Assembly: GCA_963735145.1 (NCBI GenBank)
Contig: CAVTJS010000003.1
Span: 2,739,194-2,803,193, forward strand
Direction: 5' to 3'
Source: Bryobacterales bacterium
GTDB lineage: Bacteria > Acidobacteriota > Terriglobia > Bryobacterales > Bryobacteraceae
Length of the DNA: 64,000 bases
Numbering within the stretch: position 1 is the stretch's first letter; every line of letters begins with the position of its first letter. The notes under the pieces were generated by a model. That model was not told the origin of the DNA, searched no databases, and worked only from the letters and a program-made list of their open reading frames with translations. Made by a program: the position numbers and the translations under genes. Shown here piece after piece: positions 37,359-46,366 of this stretch.

Positions 37359-37678
37359 ACATGTGGAGATCGTGCGTTTCGCCCCACCCGCAGCGGTATA
37401 TAAGCGTCCTTCGTCGCTCGGAGCGAAAGACGCGCTACTCCTACGGAATTGGGATTAGGGTGATACGGCTCGAAGTCCGGATGTAGGAAGTTTGCCGCCA
37501 GGAGGGAGTTCCAGCCTGATATCGCGCAATATCGGAATGCAAGCGAAGTTGCAGTGAAAGCCCTCAATGCGGTGTTGGTAGCAGAAATGGTACGTGCACC
37601 TCCGTCCGTGCCCCAGGGAGAATCCTACGGCCTCATGCTTATCGCAGCCTAGGACAGGGCTGATATGGATGGACTTCC

Positions 37679-39274
37679 TTATTTTTCGGGATCGAATGTG
37701 ATGCTGCTGTCAGCGGTGAACTTTTTGTAGTTCCGGAACTCGATCACGTTCCGGGTGCACCCGTTCGCTCCGTGCGCGCAGCTCAGCGCCTCGGAGTGGA
37801 CCGGCAGCAGATACTTGCCCTCGGCTATGACCACATAGTCGTAATCGACCGCCGATTCCACTGTGTCGAGAGGAAATGTCCTGGGCAGGTTTTGTGCAGA
37901 CAGCTCGATCCGTAACACCCGGTAGTTCTCTTTGTCGATCCAGATCGAACCCGTGTAGGCTGGCTGATCAGACTGGCCCTCCGCCTCAATGTGCCAGTGC
38001 GAGTTCGGTCGCTCCACCGAGAAATCGTAAAGGAACGCGGCCCGGTTCACAATTGTCGTGGCTTGTTTACCGTGGAAACGAGCGTTGGTGCTGGGAGACA
38101 GGACGTCCAGTTGCAGACTGGAGAATTCACCGCGCGTCCATGATCCGGTCTTTTCGACATCCACCCTGGGCGGTTGCCCATTGACAAGAATATTCTTGTA
38201 TTTCTCGGTGCCATCCTCCTCGATCACGTCGGCGGTAACATGGTCCAGCGCCTGCCAGGAGGTCTGGCTTCCGCGCGCTACCTGGGCCGCATATCGCGTA
38301 GTGTATTGCTTGACTACGTAATTGGGAAGAGTTTCGGTGAAAGAAAAAGCCTCCTCCCGAGCCTGATCGATGACCGGGTCTCCGGATGCAGGCATTCTCT
38401 GCCGCATGTTCCCATTCGGGGACGAATCTGGGTCCGCAGGTGCGCCGACCCGCGGCGGAGGGGGTGTCCGCGTTACGCCGTTGGCGACGTCGGCCTGAAG
38501 GCTCGGGCGTGCATCGGCGACCGTGGCGTCGGAGTTTGTGGACGGCGTGCTACCGCCGGTTGAGCTTCCGCGCTTCAACTGCGGCGGACCGTCGTCGTCG
38601 GTATCCCGCGGGGCCGACGGCGCAGATGGACGCGATACCGACCCAGACGTTGGGGCGGAATCTCCAGGAGTGATTTGCGCGCTCGGCGTGCCGTCAGAAC
38701 TCCCGGTTCCCCGTTGCCTGGGGCGGTCGGAGTCGTCATTGCTAATTGGGGAGCCGGTTGAGGGAGGATTACCGTGGTCGTTGCCGCTTGATGAGCCCAC
38801 TGGCGAGTTGCTCGATAAGGGATGCGACGTGTCGTTCATTGCCTGCGACGCGGCCACGTGCTCGTCCAGTGTGCCTTCCTTGACCATCGTCATAGTCGAG
38901 GCATGGTAGGCGTTGTTGACTTGCTTTGCGTCAATACGCACGTGATCGCCAGGTTGAAAATCGCCGATGTTTGCGGAAGCGCCAGAAACGGCTTTGTATT
39001 TAGTCGATTTCGCGATCGAGATAGTGTTTATGGTCTTGTCGTCGGACTCAACGACGACATTGTTCTCGCCAATTCTCCTCAACATCCCGGTGAACGTCAT
39101 CGCGGCCCGGTCCCGCCTGCTATTCGGCGCCTGACCTCCCGGATTGCCTTGCGGATACGGTCGGCCTGGATATCCACCACCGGGGTATCCAACGCCAGGG
39201 GTGATGATCTGGCCAAGACCCGGAAAACCGGCCAGCAGGAGAAAGGTCAGTAACAACGTGAACCCGCGAGACAT
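37679..39274 (-). CDS. secreted hypothetical protein with a Ser/Pro/Gly-rich linker
   Basis: 531-aa ORF with a signal peptide, a small N-terminal beta-rich domain, about 170 aa of low complexity (..SSSGNDHGNPPSTGSPISNDDSDRPRQRGTGSS..) and a C-terminal globular domain of about 240 aa. Function unknown. Confidence 0.7.
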   Translation of the reverse strand: MSRGFTLLLTFLLLAGFPGLGQIITPGVGYPGGGYPGRPYPQGNPGGQAPNSRRDRAAMTFTGMLRRIGENNVVVESDDKTINTISIAKSTKYKAVSGASANIGDFQPGDHVRIDAKQVNNAYHASTMTMVKEGTLDEHVAASQAMNDTSHPLSSNSPVGSSSGNDHGNPPSTGSPISNDDSDRPRQRGTGSSDGTPSAQITPGDSAPTSGSVSRPSAPSAPRDTDDDGPPQLKRGSSTGGSTPSTNSDATVADARPSLQADVANGVTRTPPPPRVGAPADPDSSPNGNMRQRMPASGDPVIDQAREEAFSFTETLPNYVVKQYTTRYAAQVARGSQTSWQALDHVTADVIEEDGTEKYKNILVNGQPPRVDVEKTGSWTRGEFSSLQLDVLSPSTNARFHGKQATTIVNRAAFLYDFSVERPNSHWHIEAEGQSDQPAYTGSIWIDKENYRVLRIELSAQNLPRTFPLDTVESAVDYDYVVIAEGKYLLPVHSEALSCAHGANGCTRNVIEFRNYKKFTADSSITFDPEK

Positions 39275-39730
39275 TGATCTCCCTGGACGAAGGTTAACAG
39301 CGAGCCGGCTGCGAAATCAAGTGAGCTTCCGGGAGTTTGGAAGTCCTGATGCTAATTAAGCTTGGGGTTAATTCGATGCTCGGGCGACAGGAAGTAAAGC
39401 GTGCCTCCACATTGGAACGTTGGTTCGCAGAACAGCCGGCCCTTGTAAGCGAGATCCTCCAGTTCGTCCTGTGACCTGTGAAATAGGCCCGATCAAGTCG
39501 GCTTGTGACCGCTAACCGTGTCGCTTCGTCGCTATCACGCGCCATTCATTCTGACGATCTAGACAGAGCCGCGCGGGCACTTACCGATAACGCCACCTTC
39601 GAGGAAGCAGCGAACGCCCTCAGGTTGCAGCCGTGGAGGCAGGCCCCCTCACAGGAGAGCACACCGCCTCCATTACTGGCATCATTGAATCATCCAAAGA
39701 TTCCGAATATGGATTCCAATGAGGGGAACA

Positions 39731-40621
39731 ATGATGAAGAACAAGACGATAGTTGGATTGCTGCTGGGGGTTAGCATGTGGGGCGTCACCGCGAACGCGG
39801 CGCAATCCGCCATCACCTGCGACCGCGAATGTCTGCGCGGCAAGGTCACGCAGTTGCTATATGCCTTCCTGAAGCACGACGTGAGCAAACTACCCGTAGC
39901 CGACACGCTGCGGGTGACCGAAGACGCCGTCGAGAAGCCGCTGGCAAAAGTCGGTCTGGTCAGGACGGTGACGCGCCTGCGCGGCTTTCGCCAGGATATC
40001 ATCGACGAGCGCGCGGGCGTTGCAGGCGCCGACGTTGTGGTGGAAGAGAGCGGAGCGCCCGTGCTACTCGTGGTGCGGCTGAAGATCGTCGCGGACAAGT
40101 TGACCGAGGTTGAACTTGTGGCCACGCGAAGCGCGGCAGAAGGGCTTATCTTCAACATCGACGGTCTTAGCGCACCGAGCGAAGCGATGAACTACGCGCC
40201 GCGCCCCGAGCAGCTTTCGACCCGCGACGAGGCCATCAAAGCGGCGCTGCACTATCCGGCCGGACTCAATGCCGCCAAGACTTTCGCCGATGTGGACGCA
40301 CCTTTTGCGGCGGGTGCCTATCGCTACGAAAACGGCCAGCTGATGGCAGGTCCGGACTGCAAGTTTGCCCCCGGCTGCCAGAACATCGCGACACAATCGC
40401 TCGCGATCTTCAATCGCCTCGGTAACGTCCAAACGCGCGTCGTCGCCGTCGATGAGCGCATGGGCATCGTCTGGCTGCGCATGGCTTGGGGCGCTCGCGA
40501 GCGCGGCGGTGACCAGCTCACGGTGTGGGAAACGTTTAAGGTCTACGACGGCAAAATCCACGCCGTGGAAGCGTTCATGAGAATCCTTCCGGTGGAGAAG
40601 CGCAACGGCGGATGGGAGTAG
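39731..40621 (+). CDS. secreted hypothetical protein
   Basis: The ORF is 39719-40621. The probable start is MMKNKTIVGLLLGVSMWGVTANA (signal peptide). No motif is recognised. Confidence 0.65.
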   Translation: MMKNKTIVGLLLGVSMWGVTANAAQSAITCDRECLRGKVTQLLYAFLKHDVSKLPVADTLRVTEDAVEKPLAKVGLVRTVTRLRGFRQDIIDERAGVAGADVVVEESGAPVLLVVRLKIVADKLTEVELVATRSAAEGLIFNIDGLSAPSEAMNYAPRPEQLSTRDEAIKAALHYPAGLNAAKTFADVDAPFAAGAYRYENGQLMAGPDCKFAPGCQNIATQSLAIFNRLGNVQTRVVAVDERMGIVWLRMAWGARERGGDQLTVWETFKVYDGKIHAVEAFMRILPVEKRNGGWE

Positions 40622-41540
40622 CGCCTGCCTCGCGGACTTCCGAATGTGGGACGCGGGGAAACTGCGGAGGCAAAGAAAGCTCCTTCCAGAACGCCCATCG
40701 CACAGCTGATCGGCCGAGGTGTCTTCCCTTCTGGCGCGAGGCCAAGCTTGGCGTTCTTAATCCTCGAAATACGGGATTCTCCAAGTGGCCGACGATCTGC
40801 TCGGGCCGGGCATAACATCCTACAACGAACTTCGGGCCCTTCTCGACGGGCAAATCCTCGGTTTGGGCATGAGGGCGCTCAGAGAATTCAAGAAAGATGC
40901 CAACGTGGAAGGCGGAGGCAGGCATCCGACTCAAACGGGGACCAAGTACCGGGCGACGGCGGGCGATGCGCGTCGATCCCCTGGTCGCTCTTCGATACGG
41001 AATAATCCCGGCGCACAGGTAAGGGACAAACCGCCCTTAAGAAGTACTTCGCATGAACGCCGAGTGCTTGTGTATGTCGGGTGATTTTGCCCGAGTGACA
41101 CTCCGACGCTCGGGATTCCGACTTCGGTCCGTGTTTTGGACGATCCGCTCGGAGGTGGAGGCGGCGTCTCAGTGAGCGCTGCTTTACTGATGACAACGTC
41201 CTTTATCATCCACTACCGGAGTTTGCAAGTTGAAAGCAATTTTCTGGTGAGAAGGATTTGGATCTGATCTTCCGAACGGTTCTTAACGACGATCAAACGG
41301 AGGTCAGAGTTCACGAAGCTTCTGGTCGATACCTGCACTCTTTCCGACGCCGCCCACAAGTTTCATGCGGGAGGCGCTCGGTCGCGATCACCTCCCAACA
41401 GGCCTACTTGCGATAACTCATTTCGATTGCCCCGGCAGATTCGTCTTGGGTGAGGGTCAGATTGTGCTCGCCCTTATTGGCCTGTGGTCAGTACGATCCG
41501 AATTGGGCTGACCTCCATCATACGCGAGCGAGGGTTCACA

Positions 41541-42392
41541 TCAGCCGCCCGGGAATCCGAACATCAACCAGGACTGGTTGGCTGCCCAGTGGGGGTAAAG
41601 CTCGGTCATCTGGTTGAACAGCTCTTGGTCGGACGTCGCGGTCTGCTGCAGCCGATCAAAGTCCAGCAGATAGCGCTTAGTGTCCTGGATCGCCGAGGGT
41701 GAGTCGGGCGCCCCAGGCTTCTTGTGACCGGCCACAACCATCGCCGGCTTCAGCGCTGCCAACCGGTCCAGCGCCGCGACCCAGTTCTTCCGGCTCTCGG
41801 GGGTGGTGTCGCCGACGTACATGTGGCACTGGTTGTACACCACGTCGCCAGCGACGACCAGGTCGATCGATGGCACGTGCAGAGACGTCGTATCGGGACT
41901 ATCGGTGTGGCCCTGCTCGATGATGCGCAATTCGTGGCCCTCGAGAGTGAACGTGTCGCGCTCATAGGGCTGAGGTGCAACCAATTTAGTGGCCACTTGC
42001 CCAGGAAACAACCGGCGGGCTAACCGCTCCACTGGGGGAGTGAAAGACATCTGCATGGCATTCACCGTCTTGGGCGTTGCTATCGCCCGAGCGCTCGGGA
42101 AACGGTCGAGCAGAACGCTCAGACCGTAGAAGTGATCGAAATGGCCGTGCGTTATATAGATGGTCTCCAGGTTGCGGTTATGCAGCGCGACCCAATCCGC
42201 GAGAGCCTCGGCCTCAGCCACCGTCGTCATTGCGTCTACCAGCACCGCGTCGTACTCGCCGAAGATTAAAGTCGACGTGATCGGGTCAAAGCCGAGCGCT
42301 TCGCCGAAGGGCTTTGGTCGCTCGCCTGCCATTGGCTTTCCCGGTGCGGTAAAGACGTTGACGCCGAGCGTGTCCGACGTGGGGGCGGTCAT
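41541..42392 (-). CDS. MBL-fold metallo-hydrolase
   Basis: 283-aa ORF with the canonical IYITHGHFDHFYG motif and downstream His/Asp ligands. Confidence 0.85.
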   Translation of the reverse strand: MTAPTSDTLGVNVFTAPGKPMAGERPKPFGEALGFDPITSTLIFGEYDAVLVDAMTTVAEAEALADWVALHNRNLETIYITHGHFDHFYGLSVLLDRFPSARAIATPKTVNAMQMSFTPPVERLARRLFPGQVATKLVAPQPYERDTFTLEGHELRIIEQGHTDSPDTTSLHVPSIDLVVAGDVVYNQCHMYVGDTTPESRKNWVAALDRLAALKPAMVVAGHKKPGAPDSPSAIQDTKRYLLDFDRLQQTATSDQELFNQMTELYPHWAANQSWLMFGFPGG

Positions 42393-42564
42393 GTGCGTGG
42401 ACTCTTTAAGTTCATATGATGCTCCTTTCTATGCCTGAACCTAGGGCGCCTGCCAATTCCGGGCCTTTTGCGGCTGAGCGGCGTTGTATCGTTCGCGCCA
42501 ACGGCCTAGCACTAAGCGGACATCCGTAAGCGTTTCAATCCGCCTCCCACCCGGGGCTGGGCGT

Positions 42565-43014
42565 TAACCGTACTTAAGGGCGGTGCTCTGTCCGACCTCG
42601 ATAATATAACCGTCAGGATCGCGGATGTAGCAGCGCGTCTCGCCGTACTTGGGGATCGGCTCGGTGATGAACTCGGCCCCTCGACTTTTCCATAATTTGT
42701 AGCACGCTTGAATATCCGCAACGCGGATATTCATAAAGCTTGCTGATCTTATTCGGGTCGGGGACGCTAAGCGTTACCGACGGCTTGTCGGGTGTCGGCC
42801 CGCCTCCGACGTTCACCAGGAGCCACGTGTTCGCGATCTGAATGTACCCAGGCGCGCCCTTGCTGTCGCCTCTGCTGAGAGCGCGGCCGCCGAAGACCGT
42901 CTCATAGAAGCGAAGCGATCGGTCGATGTCGGCGACGGTGAGAAAATGTGCGACGCTGAACCCGTCCCGCGGGGGCATCTCATAGCTCTTCTGTTCGATT
43001 TGTACGCTGTTCAT
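42565..43014 (-). pseudogene. VOC/glyoxalase-family protein, frameshifted
   Basis: From the ATG at 43014: MNSVQIEQKSYEMPPRDGFSVAHFLTVADIDRSLRFYETVFGG.. The frame breaks at about 42722-42735. The C-terminus FMNIRVADIQACYKLWKSRGAEFITEPIPKYGETRCYIRDPDGYIIEVGQSTALKYG* is readable in another frame and ends at 42565. Confidence 0.7.
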
Positions 43015-43319
43015 TGACGGCTCCGACTCCCACCACCGGACGCACGTCGCGCGCCACGACGAAGATACAGAAACGAAAGACTGAAGTAGAGACCATCGCA
43101 CACTATTGTTCGCGGACCGACACAGCGGGTCGACACGATCCGACTTTCGAATTCAGGTCCCCGTGGGGCTCTGGCTTTGTCTTCCGTCAATGCTATGACC
43201 TCGTGCCGGCGGGGAGCGCCGCACGATTTCTTCCGCTGTCTATTCAGACCACTCCTGGATGGAGCAACACGCCCGGAGACGCGGCGTCTCCTCAACAATG
43301 AGCGGGGGCATCGCAGTGT

Positions 43320-43450
43320 TCATCCGCCAACTGCCGAATGGGGCGTGCCCCCAGAGATCGGCGTTCCAATTCCGTGCTTTCGCATCTTGTAAATTAGAGT
43401 GGTACGCGGCAATCCAAGCTGACTGGCCGCTCCGTCCTGCCCCCCGATCA
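43320..43450 (-). pseudogene. remnant of a sigma54-dependent activator (only the C-terminal Fis-type HTH)
   Basis: ..QDGAASQLGLPRTTLIYKMRKHGI.. is the HTH_8 signature of NtrC-family activators. No AAA+ domain is encoded upstream. Confidence 0.5.
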
Positions 43451-43611
43451 GCCAGTTGGCTTGCAACTGCTGGCTTACTACAACGAGCAGAAATCGATTT
43501 GACAAAGGGTGGGGAGTCCTATCCCCCTCAGCGTTGCGATAGCGAGAGCCTGAAAAGGGCCGGCGGGCAAAAACGACGGACCCGGATCCCCGGGGTTGCC
43601 AAGTGGGTCAC

Positions 43612-44373
43612 TTATCTCGACTGAGCCAGCGCCAGCGCATCGGCACCCGCCGGGAATCGGAGTTGTCCCGTCGTGTCGTTCGCAACCCGCCATATCGCCT
43701 CGGCCACGTCGGACTCGGTGGTCACCGCAGCCGGTTGCGCGAACGCCGCGAAGATCGATTCCGCGAACGGGGCGTAGGCCTCGGGAATCAGTCCTTGCAT
43801 GCGGGATGCGCTATTACTCGTAAACCGCGTCGACGGGGCGTAGCCCGGCTCAACCAGTTTCACGCGCACATTGAACCACTCCGCCTCGAACGCCAGCGAC
43901 CCGGTGAATCCTTCGATGGCCGCTTTGCTCGCGGTATAGGCCGCGGCCAGCGGCATCCGGGCCAGGGTCACGCTCGAGGTCACGTTGACCACCACACCAC
44001 ACCTCAGTTCGCGAAACAGCGGCAGTACTGCATGCGTCATCGCCATCACACCGAAGGTGTTGGTCTCGAACACTTCACGCACGGTGGCTATCGGGGTGGC
44101 CTCGAAGGCGCCGACAACACCGATCCCCGCGTTGTTGACGAGCACGTCGATCGTCCCAAATGTCGAAATGGCTTCGGAGATGGCTTTATTAACGCTGCCG
44201 GAATTGGTGACGTCGAGCGGGACCACTTTCAGGCGATCACTTTGCGAGCCGAAGATATCCGGCTTCGGTTGACGCATGGTTGCTACGACATTCCAGCCTC
44301 GGTCGAGGAACAGCTCCGCTGTCGCCTTGCCGTAGCCTGAAGAAGTGCCCGTGATGAGGACTGTCTGATTCAT
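43612..44373 (-). CDS. SDR-family oxidoreductase
   Basis: 253-aa ORF with VLITGTSSGYGKATA (TGxxxGxG), NNAG and YTASKAAIEG (YxxxK). Confidence 0.9.
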   Translation of the reverse strand: MNQTVLITGTSSGYGKATAELFLDRGWNVVATMRQPKPDIFGSQSDRLKVVPLDVTNSGSVNKAISEAISTFGTIDVLVNNAGIGVVGAFEATPIATVREVFETNTFGVMAMTHAVLPLFRELRCGVVVNVTSSVTLARMPLAAAYTASKAAIEGFTGSLAFEAEWFNVRVKLVEPGYAPSTRFTSNSASRMQGLIPEAYAPFAESIFAAFAQPAAVTTESDVAEAIWRVANDTTGQLRFPAGADALALAQSR

Positions 44374-44399
44374 CGATGTCTCCGTTTCTTCCCTAGATC

Positions 44400-44965
44400 G
44401 ATTAGGACAGACAGGCGTCGGCTGGTGAGTCTATAATCAGACCGCCGACTTTCTTTATCGATCGTCGATAGTAGATCCGGCTCTGAGTCCGGGGCGCGGT
44501 CGCCTGCTCGATGTTCTCCTTGGTCGGTTGCCAGCGGTTTTCCACTCTTGTTCGACACTTCGACGGTAGTACGCAACCGCCGACTCCCCACCAACGTGCA
44601 TGTTGGACTTCTGGCTCAAGGCCTTCTCCAACCGGCCCGCCGTAATCGGGGCGATGGGCGTCGATGGGGTCTCCCGGTTCCCGCGCGCGGAGTTTCCGTG
44701 CATGCCAGGGGTCTTAGACTGCGCTGAGTCCGCCGGATGCTCGCGATTACGCATCCGCCAGTGTTGCCTTCCGCGATGCTGAACGACGTCGACACTCCGA
44801 TTGCGATTATTTCGCAGCTCAATACCCTGCCTGCACTTCCCCCTGTCAACGCTTCGATGGCAGCCTTACGGCTGTCCACGCATGACTCGGGGCCAGGATG
44901 GCTCGCTACGCCTTTCCTGCATGACTCTTTCATTCACAACTCCACGCCGGTTTGTACAGGCGCAC
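44400..44965 (-). mobile_element. 5' fragment of a bacterial group II intron (domain I region plus the first ~50 codons of the intron ORF), 3'-truncated
   Basis: The minus strand starts with GTGCGCC at 44965. The spurious ORF 44616-44933 (..KGVASHPGPESCVDSRKAAIEALTGGSAGRVLS..AEGNTGG..) and the following ..MHVGGESAVA.. / ..KENIEQATAPRTQSRI.. strings match sequences I recall being conserved at the 5' end of group II introns and the N-terminus of their reverse transcriptases. No RT body or domains V-VI follow. Confidence 0.6.
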
Positions 44966-45005
44966 TCAGCAGCCTGTTAAGCGACGCGCGTGCGCCGGCG
45001 GCTAC

Positions 45006-45104
45006 TGGCCCAACGCGCCACTGGTCGAGGCCGCCAATGGGGACTTGTACGGAACAACCATCTTCGGCCCCGGCCCGGGCGCCGGCACAATCTTCCAAAT
45101 CGAT
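45006..45104 (+). pseudogene. fragment of a GloVer-like (G-x-LYGTT..GTIF) tandem-repeat protein
   Basis: ..WPNAPLVEAANGDLYGTTIFGPGPGAGTIFQID.. is a single repeat unit with no gene context. Confidence 0.35.
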
Positions 45105-45128
45105 CCTCAGTACGGTGACTTTCTTGAA

Positions 45129-45334
45129 CGAGCCGCTACCCGTGAAGTGCTCGGACTCCAGCTTCCGGTGGCTTCAATTGAAGACGTCCTGCAAGGGAAG
45201 ATCGGGCGGCTTCTCATCCCGAACCGCGAAGCACTAAACGCAGGAAAGACCTGCTCGACATCGAGCGGCTGCTTGAATCTTATCCTGCTCTCAGAACTCG
45301 CGTGCCGGAAGAGATTCTCAGTCAGCTAGGATAG
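45129..45334 (+). pseudogene. 5'-truncated, frameshifted paralogue of the nucleotidyltransferase-fold gene at 52204-52725
   Basis: ..REVLGLQLPVASIEDVLQGKI.. then, after a frame change, ..RKDLLDIERLLESYPALRTRVPEEILSQLG*. It aligns with ..REVLGLRLPVASIEDVLQGKV..KKDLLDIERLLESYPALTETIPADILRQIR*. The nucleotide similarity is clear by eye but diverged. Confidence 0.65.
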
Positions 45335-46366
45335 CGCCGTCTTTTCCGCCAGCTGCTGCAGCTCCCAAATGTCCCGCCGGCTTTGCCCCAGCAGCGGCGC
45401 CAGCGCCATCTTGCCGGCGCGTCCGATTTGCGATTCCAGAAATATTAGTTCCTTCAATTGCCCCGGCAGCTCCGGGTCCGGCGTTACGGGAAAGCCCATC
45501 TCGCGGCGCAGCAAATCGCCTTTGGCGCGGGCACTCAATTCGAGCGACAGGTGCAGGTACGAAAGCATGTCGCCCAGGATCACCGGCGTGAAGGTGCTTT
45601 CGAGCGACCGCATGTACGAACCCACCGGCGACTTGCTGAAGGTCCCGGTTGCGATCATCTGCAGCAGATCGATGTCTTTGTCGAGCTTCATACCCAGCCA
45701 TTTTTCGAGCACTTTTTCGCTGCGCCAAAAGATGAACGCGATCACCGCCGGCAGAATCACCAGCACCACCACTGCCGCGATCACCGGACGCCACAAGGGC
45801 TGGTTGTAGAGTAGGTGAATCACGATGGCCATCGCGAGTCCGGGCAAAAACGTCAGCAGAGAGCGCGACCCGCGAATCTCGCTCAGGTTGGCCGAAACGG
45901 TTCCGAAGATGGCGGTGGCGCCGCCATGCATCATGGCGGTTCCCAGGCCGCGAATCGCGCTGGCGATAAGGCCGCTGGCGGAAATATCGGGAATGTAAGT
46001 CAGATTTTCGAGCACCGCGAACCCGGCGCCGACGGCGAATCCGGAGATCGCGGTGTCCACCATAAAGCCCACGCGATTGGATCGCAGCAGCCAGGCGATA
46101 TACGCCGCTTTTGCGATTTCCTCGACGACCGGCGCGCCCGATCGCGACCAGATCGCGGGCGAAACAAGCCCAGCCGCATAGACGGCCGTGTTTAAGCCGT
46201 AGCAGATCACCGCCACCGCGCATCCCACTGCGACGGATCGCAGAACGCGGCCGAGCGTCAGCAGTTTATAGGTATCGATCAACTCCAGCGCGAACAAAAA
46301 AATCAGCACCGGGAGCACGCTGGCGACAACTTGGGCGAGAATCAACCATAGGGCGGCCGGGGCCAT
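45326..46366 (-). CDS. PrsW-family intramembrane protease with a ~140-aa cytoplasmic C-terminal extension
   Basis: 346-aa polytopic ORF with PrsW signatures (VVEEIAKAAYIAWLL, GFAVLENLTYI, AMMHGGATAIFG). Its start overlaps the stop of the upstream gene by 1 nt. Confidence 0.75.
   Translation of the reverse strand: MAPAALWLILAQVVASVLPVLIFLFALELIDTYKLLTLGRVLRSVAVGCAVAVICYGLNTAVYAAGLVSPAIWSRSGAPVVEEIAKAAYIAWLLRSNRVGFMVDTAISGFAVGAGFAVLENLTYIPDISASGLIASAIRGLGTAMMHGGATAIFGTVSANLSEIRGSRSLLTFLPGLAMAIVIHLLYNQPLWRPVIAAVVVLVILPAVIAFIFWRSEKVLEKWLGMKLDKDIDLLQMIATGTFSKSPVGSYMRSLESTFTPVILGDMLSYLHLSLELSARAKGDLLRREMGFPVTPDPELPGQLKELIFLESQIGRAGKMALAPLLGQSRRDIWELQQLAEKTALS

Noticed and set aside
37208-37567. 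119-aa minus-strand ORF and a C-x-YH-containing frame, considered as an IS200/Y1-transposase remnant
   Set aside because: The resemblance is limited to four residues. There is no further Y1 transposase motif and no terminal hairpins, so it is left unassigned.
40622-41540. Several 60-120-aa ORFs in a 0.9-kb gap between the 300-aa secreted protein gene and the MBL hydrolase gene
   Set aside because: None shows a recognisable motif, RBS or coherent composition. The region may hold gene debris, but I cannot support any call.
43603-46223. ORFs 43603-44340 (+) and 45318-46223 (-, 301 aa)
   Set aside because: These are alternative-strand or alternative-frame shadows of the SDR and PrsW genes. Both are Arg-rich and without motifs.
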